From assembly GCF_009914755.1 (NCBI RefSeq), contig NC_060942.1: a stretch of 64,000 bases of DNA; one strand, written 5' to 3'. Below are positions 1 through 20,227 of the stretch, piece by piece. Within the stretch, counting starts at the first letter, position 1. Each line of letters begins with the position of its first letter. A program made the translations under genes and the position numbers. This DNA is from the human T2T-CHM13v2.0 reference genome, Homo sapiens. The notes beneath the pieces are model-generated. The model had not been told where the DNA came from. It made no database searches and saw only the letters and a list, made by a program, of their open reading frames with translations.

Positions 1-285
1 AAAAGGGGGAGAGAATGACTTTAAATACCTTTGTTTCAGCTTCTTCTTACTCATGTAGGAGTAGTAACAATTGTTGGATATGTGAAAATTACCAACTGAG
101 TTAAAGAAGTAATGGTCTTGGGATTGGAGCATGAACAATTGAATAAAAACTTATGGGTAAGAGCATTATGTAGGCATGTAGACATTTGGCTGGGGCATGA
201 CTTCCATAAGTAAGTAAATGGGTAGAGCTTTGGGATACACTGTGATTCACTGTGTCTGGTGCAAGAGGTTTTTTTTTTTTGGTGG

Positions 286-1040
<755 letters not shown>

Positions 1041-4000
1041 CACAATTCCCTCTTCTTAAGAAGAAAATGTCATATGTGCTCCATCTGGGAGGATGAGACC
1101 TTTCTACTCTATTGATTTCTACTTCTTTCTTTTATGCTGGTATGGCCCTGAGAGAATTCTTCCAAATCCTGGATGGCAGAGGCCTCATAGAATAATGGGA
1201 ACAAAGCTGAAAGTTGGAGAAACCTGTGGAGAGGAAGTAGTTTCTAGGTTATTTTCCACGTTGTTGAGCACTGCAACTAGGAAAAATGACTTCAGTCTTC
1301 CTTGAACCTTAATTTCCTCATCTAGCAAATGAGAATACTGGGCCTGATATTGTCTGGGACTGGGTTATCTGCTATGAGGAATAGACCCAATTCTTGAGAA
1401 TAATGTTAGAAAAACACAATCAAAGGCCTTGATGTCACTATCAAGATTCATCGTGACAAAATCAATTTTTATCTGATTTAAGGTAAACTTCCTCATCATT
1501 TGTGAAGTAGAGCCGTTCTGTGTTTCTGTGATTACTTACATGGCCTTAGTGGGGACAGATAGCAGGAAAGGTTCATTTATTTTTAAAATTTTCAGTTATT
1601 TAAATTTAGTTTTATTCAAATATATAATTTTATTTAAATTTGTAAGTAAACAGTAATCATGGGATTTTGTCATCTTTATTTTTCAATTTTGTTTCTTTGA
1701 TTTTCTTTCCCTAATCCCACACAAATTTTAACATGCCCTTCCTTTTCCAGTAACCTACAAAACAATCAGATGGGTTTTCTCTCCTATTTCCCCTCTACTT
1801 AGATAAGCCTATACACACATATATGCATAAACATATATATATATTTTTTTCTTTATTTTTGCGTGTTTGGATTTAAGCAACACCAACATTTTCTTCTATA
1901 TATATTTTTTTACCCAATAATACTTTGTTAAGATCGCCTCTGGCAGTTTTCATTCCCTCTTTTAAGTAGCTACATAACATTCCGTGGTGAAACTACCATA
2001 CATTACTCAGCAACTCCTTTGCTAACAGGCCAATAACTATAGCTAATCCAGTTTTTAGCTATTTCCAACAATTTTGTAGAAGGTTTCCAGGAAGAATTTG
2101 GACGAGCTGAGTTAAAGATTTTATTACATTTTAACAGTTTTAATAGATTGTTCTTCAAGAAGGCTGTAGCACATTACCTTCTACCAACAATAGATGAGAA
2201 TTCCTTTTCCCCATATCCCTATCAAGAGTAGGTGTAACACCTTTTAGTTTTTATCAGTCTGATGTAAAATCATTCACTTTAACTTTATTTTTTATTTAGC
2301 TAAATTTTCATTAGTATAAAAATCTTTTCATGTATTTGGTCATTTTAAATTTTTGTTCATAAATTATCAATTTTTATGTATATTCCTTTCCTGTACAATT
2401 CTTCCTGAATTGTCTTTCTTCCTTAGGAACTTGTAAACGTTCTTGGTATATTAAGGAAACTGTCCTTCTATCTTACATCTGTGTTATATTTCCTCATCAG
2501 ATATATGACATTGACCTCATGGTATCTTTTTGGATATATGCATTTTCAGTTTTAATTTTTCAAAGAATTTTCAGTGTTTTTAAGTTTTAGTTTCTGAGTT
2601 TTCAGTCTTGAATAGGAATGTTTCCCTGAACTCTGTATTATATAATAGACTTCTTGATTTTCTTTCATGATATTTATTATATATAGTGTTTTAAAATTTA
2701 AGCTTTTAATCCACGTAAAAACTTTAAGATAGGAGCCCATTTTTGTTTTCTTCTGGGTGGATGAATGACTAGCTGTGTCATATTCAATTATTCACATGTT
2801 CATGTTCCTTTTCTCACTAATTTTGAACTACTGAACTTGCCACATACTTAACACACAGTGATTTAATTTTGATTTCTATTTTCTGTTCAAATATTTATAA
2901 TTCTTTATATAGAAAGGCAAGTTTCCCTTCAGAATTCTTCTCTTCCTTTTTATAGCTTTATTGTCTGTTCTCAGGCATTTCTTCTTTCGTGTTAATTTTT
3001 TTCCTAATTGAAATGAGCTGTATACTAATTTTGAAAGAAATAACATTTCTATTGTATCAACTCTTCCATAACAACATTTTATACCTTTTCTTACTTATTT
3101 ATTCTTATAGTTCTTTTAATATTCTTTGGTTTTATTAAGATAAATCCCCTCCTTTTCTTTTGAAGTCTATTCCTATTTGTTTTGTTCTGATTGCAAGTGG
3201 CTTTTCCTCACATATTCATATATGGTTACTTTTTGCTAGAATAGAGAATAGCTATTGATTTTTATATATTTGTCCTGCATCCATCCATCTTACAAAGCTC
3301 TATTCTTAGAAGGATAAGGTTTTTGTATTTCTTTTAAACTAATATCTCACAAGTTTTCTAGCTATAAAATAATATAAATTTTATCTTATCTTTTGATGTG
3401 TATATAAATTAGTTTTCTCATTTTATTACATTTACTGATGCTGCCAAGTCAATTTTGAATAGTAATGATGATCATAGATTTCTTTCTAGTTCTTGGTTTA
3501 TATTGAAATAATTTTTGTTGTATATGGTATTTGTGTTTGGTTTTTGATAAATGACTAACCAACATGATTGGTTAATATAAATTGTTTCTTTCTGATGGTA
3601 TGTAGTCTTTTTTATTAGGAATATATGAAGGTTTTAAAGTACTTTTCCAGAATCCATAATAATAGACTATTTTTTCTGATTTTATTTTTTGATATAGTAA
3701 GTTATGTTAATAAATTTCCTGATATTAAAACACTATTTCTTCCCTGAAATAAATTCAGCTTCTTCAAATATATTGATTTTTGTATTACCAACTGTTTTAT
3801 AGGGTATTTAAAATTTTAATTTTTATTCATAAGATTGATCTATCATTTTCTTTTTTATATTACCTTTTCAACTTTTGATAATGAACTTACGCTGATTTAA
3901 AAAGTGAATTAGAGAGCCTTCTATTTCTTCCTATTGTTTAGAGAAATTTAAGCATTCTGTTTTCACAAGGTTGGGTATTTAATGACTTTCCTAATCTTCT

Positions 4001-5067
4001 CTGGCTTTGATATATCTTTGTTCTTAAATTTTTAGTAATTCATATTTGTCCGATAATTCATTTTATCCAGGACCCCAAAACTTGCTGCCCCATTGTTACA
4101 AGTAGAATTTCTTTCCTCTGTATCTCTGATTAGAGCCTTAGTCTCATGTCTAGGCTTCTTTATTTTTGTTTCTTCATGTTCTGGAACACAAAAGACTTTA
4201 CTAACATATTAGTCTCTCAAATAACTAGGTTTGGATATGTTTATTTTTTTCTATTTCTATTTCCAAAATTTCAGCTTTTACTTTCGTCCTTCTTTTGGAG
4301 TCAGCCTCTTCTTCCCTCGCTCCCTCCTCACATTACCTTAGTTAAGTTCTTAGTTCTAGTTTTATCATCTTTAATTATGAAGACATTTAAGGCAATACAT
4401 TTTCTCCTAAGTATCATTTTCATTGTGTCCTTTAAATTGTGGTATCATGTATGTTCATTTAAATTGCTTTGTAGATAAATTATAACTTCCATTTTAATTT
4501 TAGCTAGAGCTATATGGGTTTAAGTTTATTGTTGTTGTTTTTGCTTGTTTCCTTAATTCTGAATCAGCTAAGTTTCTTTGGTCACTTATTTTTTTCCCCT
4601 AATTTTATTGCCTGCAAGAATATGGCCTATAAACATCTATTATAAACTGATGGTTTTTTGTGGTCAAATATTTGATTGTTTTTGTGTACATTGTTAGAAC
4701 TTACCAAAAAATGTGTTCATCGAAAAGATTTAGTGTTAATTCTTATAGTTTTACTTTTGTTTATTTTTTTATCTACTAGAATTGACTAATCTAGAGAGAG
4801 TTTTGTTTCCCATTATAATTATATGCTCTGTCAAATTCTTCCTGTCTTTCCCAATAGTTTTTGGCTTATATGTTTAGCCTACATATTATTTTGTTCATAC
4901 GGTTTATGATCATTTTGTCTTTTTTTTTCCAATTCAAATTGTGTGTCTTTATCTTGTTCATGTTTTTAATCTGTAGAATCAAGTTGTTTGCTGTTAATTT
5001 TGGCTCTTCTGCTGTCATATGGTTTGCACTGACCTGGTATCTCTTTGTCCATTTTTTATATCAAAAC

Positions 5068-5290
5068 CAGAGCTTTTCAACTTGGGTACCACTAATGTTT
5101 CAGGCCAGATAATTCTTAATTTTGGAGGCCTGTCCTGTGCATTGTATGATAGTAAGCAGCAACCCTGGCCTGATCTCTATTCACTAGATGCTGGGGGCAT
5201 TCCTCTAATACCTCACATCCATTTCCAGTTGGACAATCAAAAACATCTCCAGACATTACAACATGTCCTCTGCAGGGAAGATCCACCCCC
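5068..5290 (-). mobile_element. MER20 hAT DNA transposon
   Basis: ggccagataattctt...tgtcctgtgcattgta...cactagatgc...catctccagacatt match MER20 as I recall it. Confidence 0.8.
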
Positions 5291-5425
5291 ACCTCCTGCC
5301 TTTGCTGGAGGTCTGCTGCTTTACAACTTTAGGATCCCAGGTGTTGCACCCTAGGCCTGACAGTTCTATACATAGGTTGTTCTGAATATTTGTTGGGGGC
5401 AACTTCATCTAAGTCAGGTGTACCT

Positions 5426-5840
<415 letters not shown>

Positions 5841-7399
5841 TTAAATTCTGTTGTTATACAATATAGACTTGACCAAAGAGAACAGTACAGTAAGATCCAC
5901 TCAGTCACCAAAGCAGTTCTCATTTTTCACTCTCAGTTTCCCCAAGTAACATGTCCTCATCTAAGTATGTTCTGAACTCAGAATTGTGAAATTATATTAA
6001 AAATCTTATATGTATCTGAGAATAATGCTAACATGCCCCTGGACAGCTATAAAGCCTATCCTATGCCCTCTTATATGTAATCACATCTATACATTTAACA
6101 TATTTATTGTTTATTATTGTTTACTCTTTGTCTTGAAATCCCTTTCTGGATTATTTTTTGTTGCATTAGTCCTCTTCCCACCCCTCACGGTATTTTTCTT
6201 AGGCAGGATGCTTGGGTAAAATACTTTCTGAATTTCTGCTTATCTTTGTGTAACTTGATTTTACTCTCATAGGTGAATGGTAATTTAGCTAGGTGGAGAA
6301 TTCTTGAGTTTCAGTTCTTTTCTCTCATGAGTCTTTTCTTACAAAGACTTCAAGTTTCTCAGGTTGCATATGAACAGAAAGATGCCAGTTTGATTCTTTT
6401 TGATTTGTGCTTATGTTTTCTTTATTGTCCTTGTTTTATTTTTTAAAAACAATAAGCACACATATTCTTCTATATCTATTATCTCTTTACTGCTACTACA
6501 AAGATCTTTTGATGGTGGAGAGACAGTGTATTGGGGAATGAACAGAACTGCCTTCCATCTTCTTTAGCCTAAGGTTAAATATTAATTTTTCTACAAATAT
6601 TTTGTCTGGTTTTAGGGAATTCTCTATTTATTTAAAATATGCATTTGTCATTTTTTTCCGGGAGCTCTCAGACTTCTTTCTGTATTTTAGCTGTTTCAGT
6701 CTCTCCCCAGAGGAGGCATGCTTGAAGGGGTGGGAGGTTAGGGCCACTGGAGGTTTGTAATGTCTTCTTGTCATCCAGCTCCAACTCTGGTAGTTCTGAA
6801 GAACACAAGGAACTCTGCTTGTGGTCTCAAGTCTCTTCAGGGCTAGCATGCCATCTGGATGGTGTTTTCATGTAAATGTGACACCTGGAAGAACTATTCA
6901 GGAAATTCATTCTAGGTCTAGCATCTGAGCCTCTTTGGTGTATATTCACTAAATGCAGAAGGGATTTCTCCTCTCTGAGCTGAGCTCTTCTTCCTTTCCA
7001 TCAAAGCATTTTTAAAAAGCATGTTTTACAATAACTGCATCTTCAGAAGAAACTAGAGAGTGGGAAAGAAATCAGGCAAAACCCTGGGAAACTCTGTGAC
7101 CTCACTGCTAGAAATGGAAGGGAAACAAGTCAATTACATTTACTGAGTATCAGGAGCCATCAAGCATGTATGGAGGGGTTTTATTTGATGCTTTGGGATT
7201 CCTTATTTTTGGATGAGTGGCTTTGAAAGTGAATGTATCCCGTAAGTTCGCGTTCCTATGCTACCTTTGCCATGAAGCTTCTTAGTAGAAAATGGTTTCT
7301 CTCTGCTCTGAATCCTAAGAAAAGGTTAAATCACTCATGATACTCACACTGTCTTGGGTATTGAGTTATTTTTGTTCACATCTTCTTTTTTTTTGTTCT

Positions 7400-7520
7400 A
7401 GAAGGTCATTGTTACAGACAGGGGCTGTCTTATTCATGTTTGTATTCTCCATAGCCCTTAGCCCTGGCTCTGAAGCATAATAAGTGTTCAATACTGACAA
7501 AGAGATAGATGGGTGACTAA
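7400..7520 (+). mobile_element. L2 3' end fragment
   Basis: gacaggggctgtcttattcatgtttgtattctcc...taataagtgttcaata resembles the L2 terminus. Confidence 0.6.
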
Positions 7521-10506
7521 AAGAAAGAGACTTGAATCTGCCTGTTTGATTTTTATTTTTTCTTGGGATCAACTCTCCTTATCTATTTGTAAATGTTAGC
7601 TTTAGGTCTATGTTCCATTCCACTGCCATACTCCTTCAAGACATCTATAGTTTTTCTTCTACTAATTTAGTTTGGTCCTTATTTAAACCCAGATCAGAAA
7701 AATCCTGCATTAAATAATCCTCCAGGGTGTCAATAAACATCAGGTAGCTATAAAATACTTTCTAGCCATTAATTTGCTTTCTTTCTCCATTCTCCCTTGC
7801 TTATCCTTCCTGTCCCTGCCTCTTCTTAGCCAACCCATCTCGTCGACACTCACTCCGATATGCAAATACACACCCTGTTTGTTGTTTATGGACAGATACG
7901 AATACTGTATTCAATTTCTGTTGGAAATTTCCTTAGGTATTATTTCTGTTAACATTAAAGATATTCTTCCTCTGATCAGAAAAACATCTTAATAGAATAT
8001 GAATTTTAACGTGGGCACAGAGACTAGGAGAGAATTGGGATTTTCTAAGATTCTACTATATCACAGGGCTTTGAATATACGTCTGTGTGATACAACAGAA
8101 AACATTGACTGGAGTATTAGTTTTTAGCCCCTTCTTATTTTCAAAGTATTTCCCCAATTCCTTCATTCTTATCTACATTTAAAAACACATAAAAAACATT
8201 TTTTGAGTTCTAATGATTTCCACCAAGAATATTCTCTTAGCTACAGGACTTAGTTTCTGATCTTATATTAGGTAGGATCTAGGTTGTTACAAGGGCTCTC
8301 CATCAACTCTCAGAAAAGTGCAACTGAATAGATGAAGAGTCAGGAGAATTATGAGTCTGTGTACAATAGGACTTCAATTACTGGATATGTTTATGTTTCC
8401 TGTTGGTTAGCACAACGTTTTTGGTGGCAGGAAAGGGAAACTGTTCAAATTAGCTAGATACAGAAAGGAACCTACTGAATTTTTCTGCACCTAATTATAT
8501 TGTTGGAAGGACAAACATATGCCTTGATAAACAGTCAATCCTCTGTGTGACTGGATACGCAGCCTGGATACCACCTGCTCATCTTTCTTCTGTCTGTATG
8601 TTGGCTTTATTGACACACACTACCTTCTTCCACAGAGCTGGAAACATTGCCACCAGCAGCTTGGATGCCCTACATTTTCTACCCCTGCCTCCACAGAGAG
8701 ATTGAAAGTCAATTTCTCCATCCAAATTCAAAAATGCTTCAGCAACATCATAGGTTGACCCATCTGGGGTGAGAAACTCAGTCAGCAGTCACTCCTCAAC
8801 ATTGTCAGCAAATCAGGGTGAATCAGGGTGATACCCACATGTTTGAGGCCCATAGTTAATAAAGGAAGAGACCATATCCAAGAAGAAGGGAACTGTTCTT
8901 TTGGGAAAACCAAATATTAGATCTCTATTTTTCCTGTGAAGAAACAGTTTATAGGTAAGGAAGTTTATAAGATATAAAAATTACTCTTTGCTGATGGGTA
9001 AGAAGGTTTCCCAAGGGTGAGAATTCTAGGAGTGAATATCAAGGAACTTCAATTTTTTTCTACTGGTTGATTCAACTTTTTTTTTAACCTCTGAAATTAC
9101 AATGCCAGGTGTAAAGTGGGTACTCTGTAAATACTTATAAAATTGACTTAAGTCCTTAGAATCTAAGGACTCTATAGTTCCACATATGATTGCACAAGGA
9201 GACTTCAATATTCCTAGAGTGTGATTTGTGATTTCTCATGTCTGTTAAGTCACTCCCTGTAAAGATTTATAACCAGAGAAAGAGGGAGGTAAGAATGAAG
9301 GGGATGTCAGGCTTGAATTCTGCAAAACTTAGATGAAAAGACCCCATGACTCGATCAGGCTGGGCCTGATCCTGCCGGTATAGGTAGCCAGGTGCTTCCA
9401 CAAAGGTCTAGACAAGAGTCAAGTTTGATATCTTCCAGTTCTAAACTTCTGTTTCAAGATCTGAGAGAGCAAACTGGCATTTGCCACAGTGGTGATGCTT
9501 GGTGTCTATTGTTTGGAATGGAAGTGGGAATGTGTTCATGTAAGGTTAGAGTATCCTAGTTTGTCACAGTCCATGGAAACCATGTCATGGAAGCTGGCAT
9601 TAGAGAAAGATCCATGGACTCTTTTGTAGAAAGAAGAAAATTCTTCATTAAATACTAGTTTACTATGACCTCAAAGCTTGCAAGTATCCGTTCACTTAAA
9701 ATATCTTTATAGCACTGAATTAATCATTGTGGGGAAATTCAGAATCTATCCCACTGTTCTTTATCATCATCTCTTGGCATCAGAAAGACTTTATATTTAT
9801 CTAGTTCAATGGGCCTCAAACTCTAATGTGCATCAGAGTCATCTGAGGAGTCAATTAAAGATGCAGGTTTCTGGGGCCATCCAGACATTCTGGTGCGGGA
9901 TGGTGGAATGTTTTGATAAACAAGCTGTGTAATCTGATACAGACAGCCTGCAACTACACTGTAAGAAATACAAGTCGAGCTCCATTATCCTCCCAAAGGG
10001 TTGCCTTTTCTCCCAGTGGACATGTACTGTCATAAGCTGAGTGACCACATAGCAGAATGTTTATGGAGAGGATTCAAAGATAAGAAGTAAAGCTAACTAG
10101 AACATTTTGATCTTTTCTACAACATGAATGACTAGCGATTATCTAGCCTTTCTTGGAGTATTTCAGATGAAATGATGTTTGCTACATTACAAAATAATAT
10201 ACTATAAGGTAACTCTAGTTATTCATTATTTACTAAACAGATTTCTCCATCCAAATGCACACTGACCCTCATTCAACTCTCTCTATGTCATCAGAGCAAA
10301 TTGACGGCTCTGTCTGTAATGCGGCTTTTCAGATACTGAAAGACATCCATCACATTCCGCTAAGCGATTTCCCCACCCTCCACCGAGATGATTTTCACTA
10401 AGTATTTTAGTCATTCCTCATAGAACGTGGTTTCCAGATTTGGACCCCTAGGTTCATCCTCTAGATTTTTTCTAATTGCTAAGATATGCATTTACCTAAA
10501 CAGAAT

Positions 10507-10918
10507 TGTATTAGTAAATTTTTGCATCACTACCAAGAAATACCCGCGGCTGGGTAATTTATAAAGAAAAGGGGTTTAATTGGGATACAGTTCTATAGGC
10601 TGTATAGGAAATGTGGTGCCAGCTTCTGCTCCTGGTGAGGCTGCAGGAAGCTTACAGTCATGATAGAAGGCAAAGGGGGTGCAGGAACCTCATATGGTGA
10701 GAAAGGGAGCAAAAGAGGGATGGGGGAGGTCCCAGTCTTTTAAACAACCAGATCTCATGTGAAGTAATAAGAATGAACTCATTACCAAGGGGATGGTGCA
10801 AACCATTCAATAGAGATCCTTCCCTAAGATCCAATCACCTAACACCTGGCCCCACCTCTGACATTGGGAGTCACATTTCACATGAGATTTGGAGGGGACA
10901 AACATCCAAACCATGTCA
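10507..10918 (-). mobile_element. MaLR solo LTR (MSTB-like) with 5-bp TSD
   Basis: tgtattagt...ggctgggtaatttataaagaaaag...aaacatccaaaccatgtca. TG...CA termini, flanked by agaat at 10502-10506 and 10919-10923. Confidence 0.9.
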
Positions 10919-13159
10919 AGAATAACCTAGATATAGTCTGACTCCTGGGGGAACTGAGGAGGTGGGTTTTGTGGGGTGGAGTGTATGTATGGGCAAGGGG
11001 ATTGGGACAGATAATGGACATTGCCCCTCTAAAGCTGGGAATGGTGAGGCTATACTTCTACTGACTCCATATAAAAGGGTATTTGCCTTAAGGAGAAAAA
11101 GTCATAGTTTGGTTCATATAAAGTCAGGGGTGAACAAAAATTTCTAGGTCACTTTTACTAGGAATTGCCATCAAGGTTTTCTCTCCATTCGACTTGTGTA
11201 TTTGTTTTTCTGAACAAAATAAAGTAAGACGAATGAAAGAATGGCCATATTGTGACCAGTAGGTATCTTTTAAACTATTCCTTTCTTCCTTGGCAATAAT
11301 GTTTTTAGTGTGACCCAGTAACAGGCTAATCTCTCTAGTCTAGTATTTTGAAATTTATTGCTCATATGGGGATTTTCCTATGTGCCTCCAACTTGTGATA
11401 TACAACTCCTTTAAAATTAATTTTTTTGAAAATGTTTCTTAATTTTCCAATTTTTTTTGAACCTTGAAAACCTGGGAAAACATTTAGATTATTCTTCCTC
11501 CAACCCCCGTCTTTTTGTGTCAAACTGCCACAGGATTTTTATATATACTTTATGATAGCTTAAAAAAAATCTTGTATTTTTTTCCTCATCACTAAGTTTC
11601 AGTGACCTTGCTACGTATCTGGTGTCTGGTGTAAATGCCATTTCATTAATGTTATTGTTATTCCAAATGGTGGTGAGTGACTTGAAATTAAATAGTAATT
11701 TAGGGAAAGATGAGAATATGATATAAATATTAATTACTATGTATCTTTTGTTTTCCCTGCTCAACCTGTTTTTTTCAAATGGTTCTATGATTATCTAAAA
11801 TTAGTAAGTCTATGTAACACACTTGGATATCATACCACATTCCCCTATTTGTGCCTATAAATAAATTATATATGTAGTTTATATAGACAATATATAAAAT
11901 GTCAATCTGTCATGTGCATGTATGTGTGCGTGTATATAAATTTGATTTATGTCAATATAATCTGCTTTAGTTTAGAGGAAGAATGTAGTAGAGGGTATTG
12001 AGGTCATTGTTAATTTCAGTTGTGCTGAGAACTAGGAAATTCACTCTAAACATATAAAGGAAGTTGTGTAACAGATTTAGGCTCCTCTAAAATGAGGGTT
12101 CCTCTAAGATATGAGAGAATGAGAAAGCAAACAAGAGAGACTATGTCTTTTCCTCAAACTCCCTGTCCAGGTCTCTAAATTTCTATCTGAGGGACTCACC
12201 CCCAAAACCCCATTTAGAATGCCTTATACCTTAAATGTATATTTTCCCATTCTAAGAAACCAAACATGACAGTATCAAGAATTCATTTTTGGTTTGAGGT
12301 TAGTATCCTTCTGACTATTCTGGCAGGTAGAAAGCATGTTGACAACAAAAATGCCTTTCTGAATTTTTCACAGCACTATTCTGAACTTTTTGTAATCAGA
12401 AAAGGAGAAAAATAATTTCTCATTTCTATTAAATATTCAGTGGGCAAATACTAATATGAAAGAAAATTGAAATTCTATGGCACACTCAATAAGTAGCAGT
12501 TTAGATTATATTAGAAATATTGTTAATTCTCTTCGGGTCGATTAACAGAGTCAAAAATGGAAATCTAAAATGAAGCTAGAACATTGTATTAAGTGTTACA
12601 ATGTATGCCTCTTTCCCTAACCTGTGAGGGACAGTGACGGAACTGAAGCCTTTGGAGGACCTCAGGGTGAATCTGGCCTCCCACATGTAGAGCTGAGTGG
12701 CTATAACTGACAACACTCTCTGTGAGTCAGTTGTTTCATCAGAATCCCTCAGGTCTCTGGACCCTCAGGTCTAACTTGAACAGGCTCTAGATTAGCAAAT
12801 CCATTCCTTTGCCCATGTCTGTGGTTGTCTTATTCTACAAAGACAGAGTAGAGTAGTTTCAACAGAGAGTGAACATACCATAGATCCCAAAATATTACTC
12901 TCTGGCTCTTTAAGAAAACATCTGCTGATTTCTAAGCAAATCTAAATGAAAAATGTCTGAGATAAAATGACAATGACCATTATGTCTACCGGAGCAATTT
13001 GTCACAGATAACTTAGTTTTACTTTAGCAGGATTCTTGCTGTTTAAATCCAAAAAAGTAACTTCAGCCAAAGAACACAAATAATGGAAGAAATGTATGGG
13101 GAGCAGTGTTATTCATGGTACCTGCAATTGCTGACAGGTAGTTGCCTACTTCCTTAATA

Positions 13160-13340
13160 AAGTTTTGTGATGATGCACCCCAGGCTAGCACATCAGCGTC
13201 TCCTGGGAACGAGTTAAAGATGCAAGTTATCAGGCCCCATCCCAGACCTACTGAATCAGAGACTCTGGGTGAGGCCAGCAATCTGTACTCTAACAGGACC
13301 TCCAGGTGCTTCTGAAGGCTGCAAACATTTGAGAACCAGG
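13160..13340. mobile_element. MER5A hAT DNA transposon
   Basis: ggccccatcccagacctactgaatcagagactctggg...tttgagaacca. Confidence 0.8.
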
Positions 13341-13743
13341 GTTATACTTAAAAGGGTTTTGCAGACTCTGTGGGGTTAGAAAAATATAAGGTTGCACATT
13401 CTGTTACATGCTGAATCAGCCTTGATGATATAGGAAAGAAGAAGGAAATTATTGGCTAGAATTTGTATTCCCATTGGTATCCAAGTAGCTAAATGCAAAG
13501 GAATGTCCAACATGCTACTAGGTTTCTGGGCTCTAGATTGCATCTAGAGAAGGGGGAAAAAGACAATGTTAACCTCTGGGGAAGTGGCTCCAGCAAAGAA
13601 GATTCCTGTCTATATGCTGTCTTCAGTAATCTTTCAGACATTCTACTTGAGATTAATAGTGACAGAACTGCCAATGGCCTTTGAACAGTAGGTTGAACTA
13701 TAGATATGATGAGGCTGATAATTTCCATTTTATAAAGAAATGA

Positions 13744-16724
<2,981 letters not shown>

Positions 16725-17227
16725 AAGAAATGAAAAGATGAGAGTGAAGCTCGGACATTAACTTATGTGAGAAAACTCTGCCAGTAAATGACAGATCCAG
16801 GATGTGACCTCAGACCTGTCACCAGAGCTTGTTCTCTTTCTTCTACAACACATGCTTTAGCAGGATGGGAGCAATAGAAGGTTCCCCAAGAACTAACCGA
16901 CGGCACCTGTTAAAGCTGGTTCTGCTGAGCAGTTCTGCCTTTGCTGGCTGGGTTTGGACTTCCTGGATCCCTGTTTGAACGCAAAGTGATTAGAAAGCCC
17001 CATGTTTGGCAATAAGCTTGACGCGGAGTGTGCTGTGTGTGGGTCTACAGGAGCACAATGTGTTCATCATAACCACATGGAGGGAGTGCCCTGCTGGAGT
17101 CTACATCCTGCGGAGGCCAATGAGCGTGGCAACCTGGGGAAAATGGCTTCATTGCACCATAGCTTTAATGGGCACCTTTGGACAGCAGATTCTGCCCAGC
17201 TCACCCAGATAGTGTTTATCAGAATCA

Positions 17228-17503
<276 letters not shown>

Positions 17504-17891
17504 TTACTGAAATTATCCCTTGACAGAATCTCCCTGGGGATATGCAGACGGTCTATATGGAAGTATGCAGCTAGCAGGAGTAGAAAAATTGCAGAAGCCC
17601 GGCAGTGTACTGCAAACTCCTAGAGCGTTCTCCAGGCTGTGCCTGGAGACTATCCGTATCCGTCAGTGCCTGCCATGTACCTTGGACATAGGAGGTGCTG
17701 AGAATATGTTCATAGAATGAGAAAATGATAAATCTGTCAAGAGGCATTATCATAGTAATGCTGGAAAGAGATTTCTAAGCATGAAAGGTCTATTTATAAG
17801 ACTATTTAAATACATATCAAGGTCCTATACTATTATGATGGACATTAATAAATGGGTATGGTACAGATGTTGACAGGGTCATATTCTCTTA

Positions 17892-18312
<421 letters not shown>

Positions 18313-19424
18313 TTACTTATGTAATTTGATAGGCCTGTTACCTTTGGATACTGTCTCTTGCTCCTGCCCTCCAGGCCTAACGCCGGTATAGTGCAGCAGG
18401 GGGAAGACAGTGTGGGGGAGGAGAATTACCCTAGGCCAGCTGCTAGCCTAGACCTGGCAGCCCCCAGTCCAGGATCAAAGCAGAGAAATATGAACATTCT
18501 ATATTAGGCTTTTATTAATGCTGTATTACTGCTGTGGGTGAGAACTTGAAGGAGAATGATGAAGAAGCTTAAAGGAGGGAGAGAGATGCAATCTTTAACT
18601 CTGCTGGGCACAAGAAACTTTGGAAATAATCCAAGTCAGGCTGGTGTAGATTGGGCTGCTGCAGCTACTAAAATAATTTCAGTGAAAATCCAGGTCTGTA
18701 GAAAACAGATAGAAGTAAAAGTGAATCCAAGGAAGGTATTGATCTTATTTCCCACTCACCTCCTTTCCAGTGACAAATCATCCTCATCTCAAATCACAGC
18801 TTCCCCATAACGAGGAGAACTTTATTTCTTGACTATGAAGTCTAATACAAGGAGCTCATCCATTGCATGAAGCGGAAAGGAATTTCCAGGGACTGGGATG
18901 AAGGAGCTGAGGGCAGTGCAGTGACATCTTGCAGAGCCCCATTCAATGGCAGTGGCGGAGAGCCTCTTTGAGAACTGCTGACTACGGTGAGCAGTCCTGG
19001 CACCATCACAGCAGACATGGCCACATGGGCAGGGTGAAGAAAACTGCCACTGTCGGGTGCCTACCTAACAGCTCTCAGACCATTCTTCCATGTATACAAA
19101 GTCTTGTTTTAACCACAGAACAATGCACTCAGGAAAGATTGGCCTCCCTTGGGCCTTAGAGGAAGCACTATGATTGATTTAAGCTAATCATGATTACGTT
19201 ATTTTCCTTTTCTTGTGACTGTTTTAGCTGTAGGCATGTGACATTATTCTGGCCATTGAGACCTAACCTATGGAAAAACTTACTGGAGGCTGCTCAGAAA
19301 GTTTTTCCTCTTTTGTTTTGTTTATTTAAGGAAGAAAGTAATTGATGCATGAGAAGAGGTTCTCTGTCTTCTTCCAGAATCAGCTGTAGGAGGAAGTGTT
19401 ACCTGAATTTGTGGCAGCCGTTTT

Positions 19425-19917
19425 GTGACTGCCGTTAACAAATTACCACAATCTTGCAGCCCTAAAACAACGAAACATTACTCTCTCTCAATTTCAGAGA
19501 TCAGAAGTCCAAAATTAGTATAATCGGGCCAAAATCAAGGTGTCAGCAAGGTCTTGTTTCCTCTGGATGCTCTGGGGGAGAATCTTTGTCTCTTCCAGCT
19601 TCTGGTGGCTGTCAGCATTTCCAGGCTTATGACCCTATTATGCCCATTTTTAAGGCCAGCATCTTCAAATCTCTCCTGCTCTGTCTTTTCATCTCCTCCT
19701 CTGCGTGTTATCAAATATCCTTTTGCCCTCTTCATATAGGGATATGTGAGATTCCATCTAGGGTCTACCCTAACAATCCAGGATAATTACCCCACCTCAA
19801 GCTCCTTAATCCAATCATATCTGCAAACAACCTTTTTTCTTATATAAAGTAATAGTCACAGGTTCTAGAGATTAGGACATGGATAACTTTTGGGAGAAAG
19901 TTTTTCAACTTAATATA
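19425..19917 (-). mobile_element. MLT1 (MLT1C-like) MaLR LTR nested in an older MLT1-like relic (~19050-20100)
   Basis: aacaaattaccaca...cagaagtccaaaat...aaaatcaaggtgtcagca...cttccagcttctggtggctg...aataatccaggataat-like MLT1 motifs. Confidence 0.75.
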
Positions 19918-20227
19918 GTGATCAGAGAGGAGAGCCACAAACCCAAAAAAACTAGAAAAGTATCTGAAAACCCAATGCCACTGATTTTCTGAGTTAAGCA
20001 ACCCTGGATATACCTATCTCTAGACTTATGCAAAATAATTTATTTCTAAAGCTGTATTTGGTCCAGGTATTTTATTATTTGGACTTAAAAGTACTCAACT
20101 GGGAAAACCATTTGAGACAACTTCTTGGAGAGTTCTTAAAATATCTAGCATAGGAAAGAGAATGAGGTTGCATTTTTTAAGTGTATGTGTGTGTGTTTTA
20201 ATCATCATGTAAACTGGTAAGAGTTAA

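Noticed and set aside
8811-8830. Short local duplications (aatcagggtg x2; similar ones near 12745-12772 and 23218-23247)
   Set aside because: Common replication-slippage products with no further structure.
17633-17651. Small hairpin ctccaggc-tgt-gcctggag
   Set aside because: Too short for a pre-miRNA or structured RNA call and expected by chance in 64 kb.
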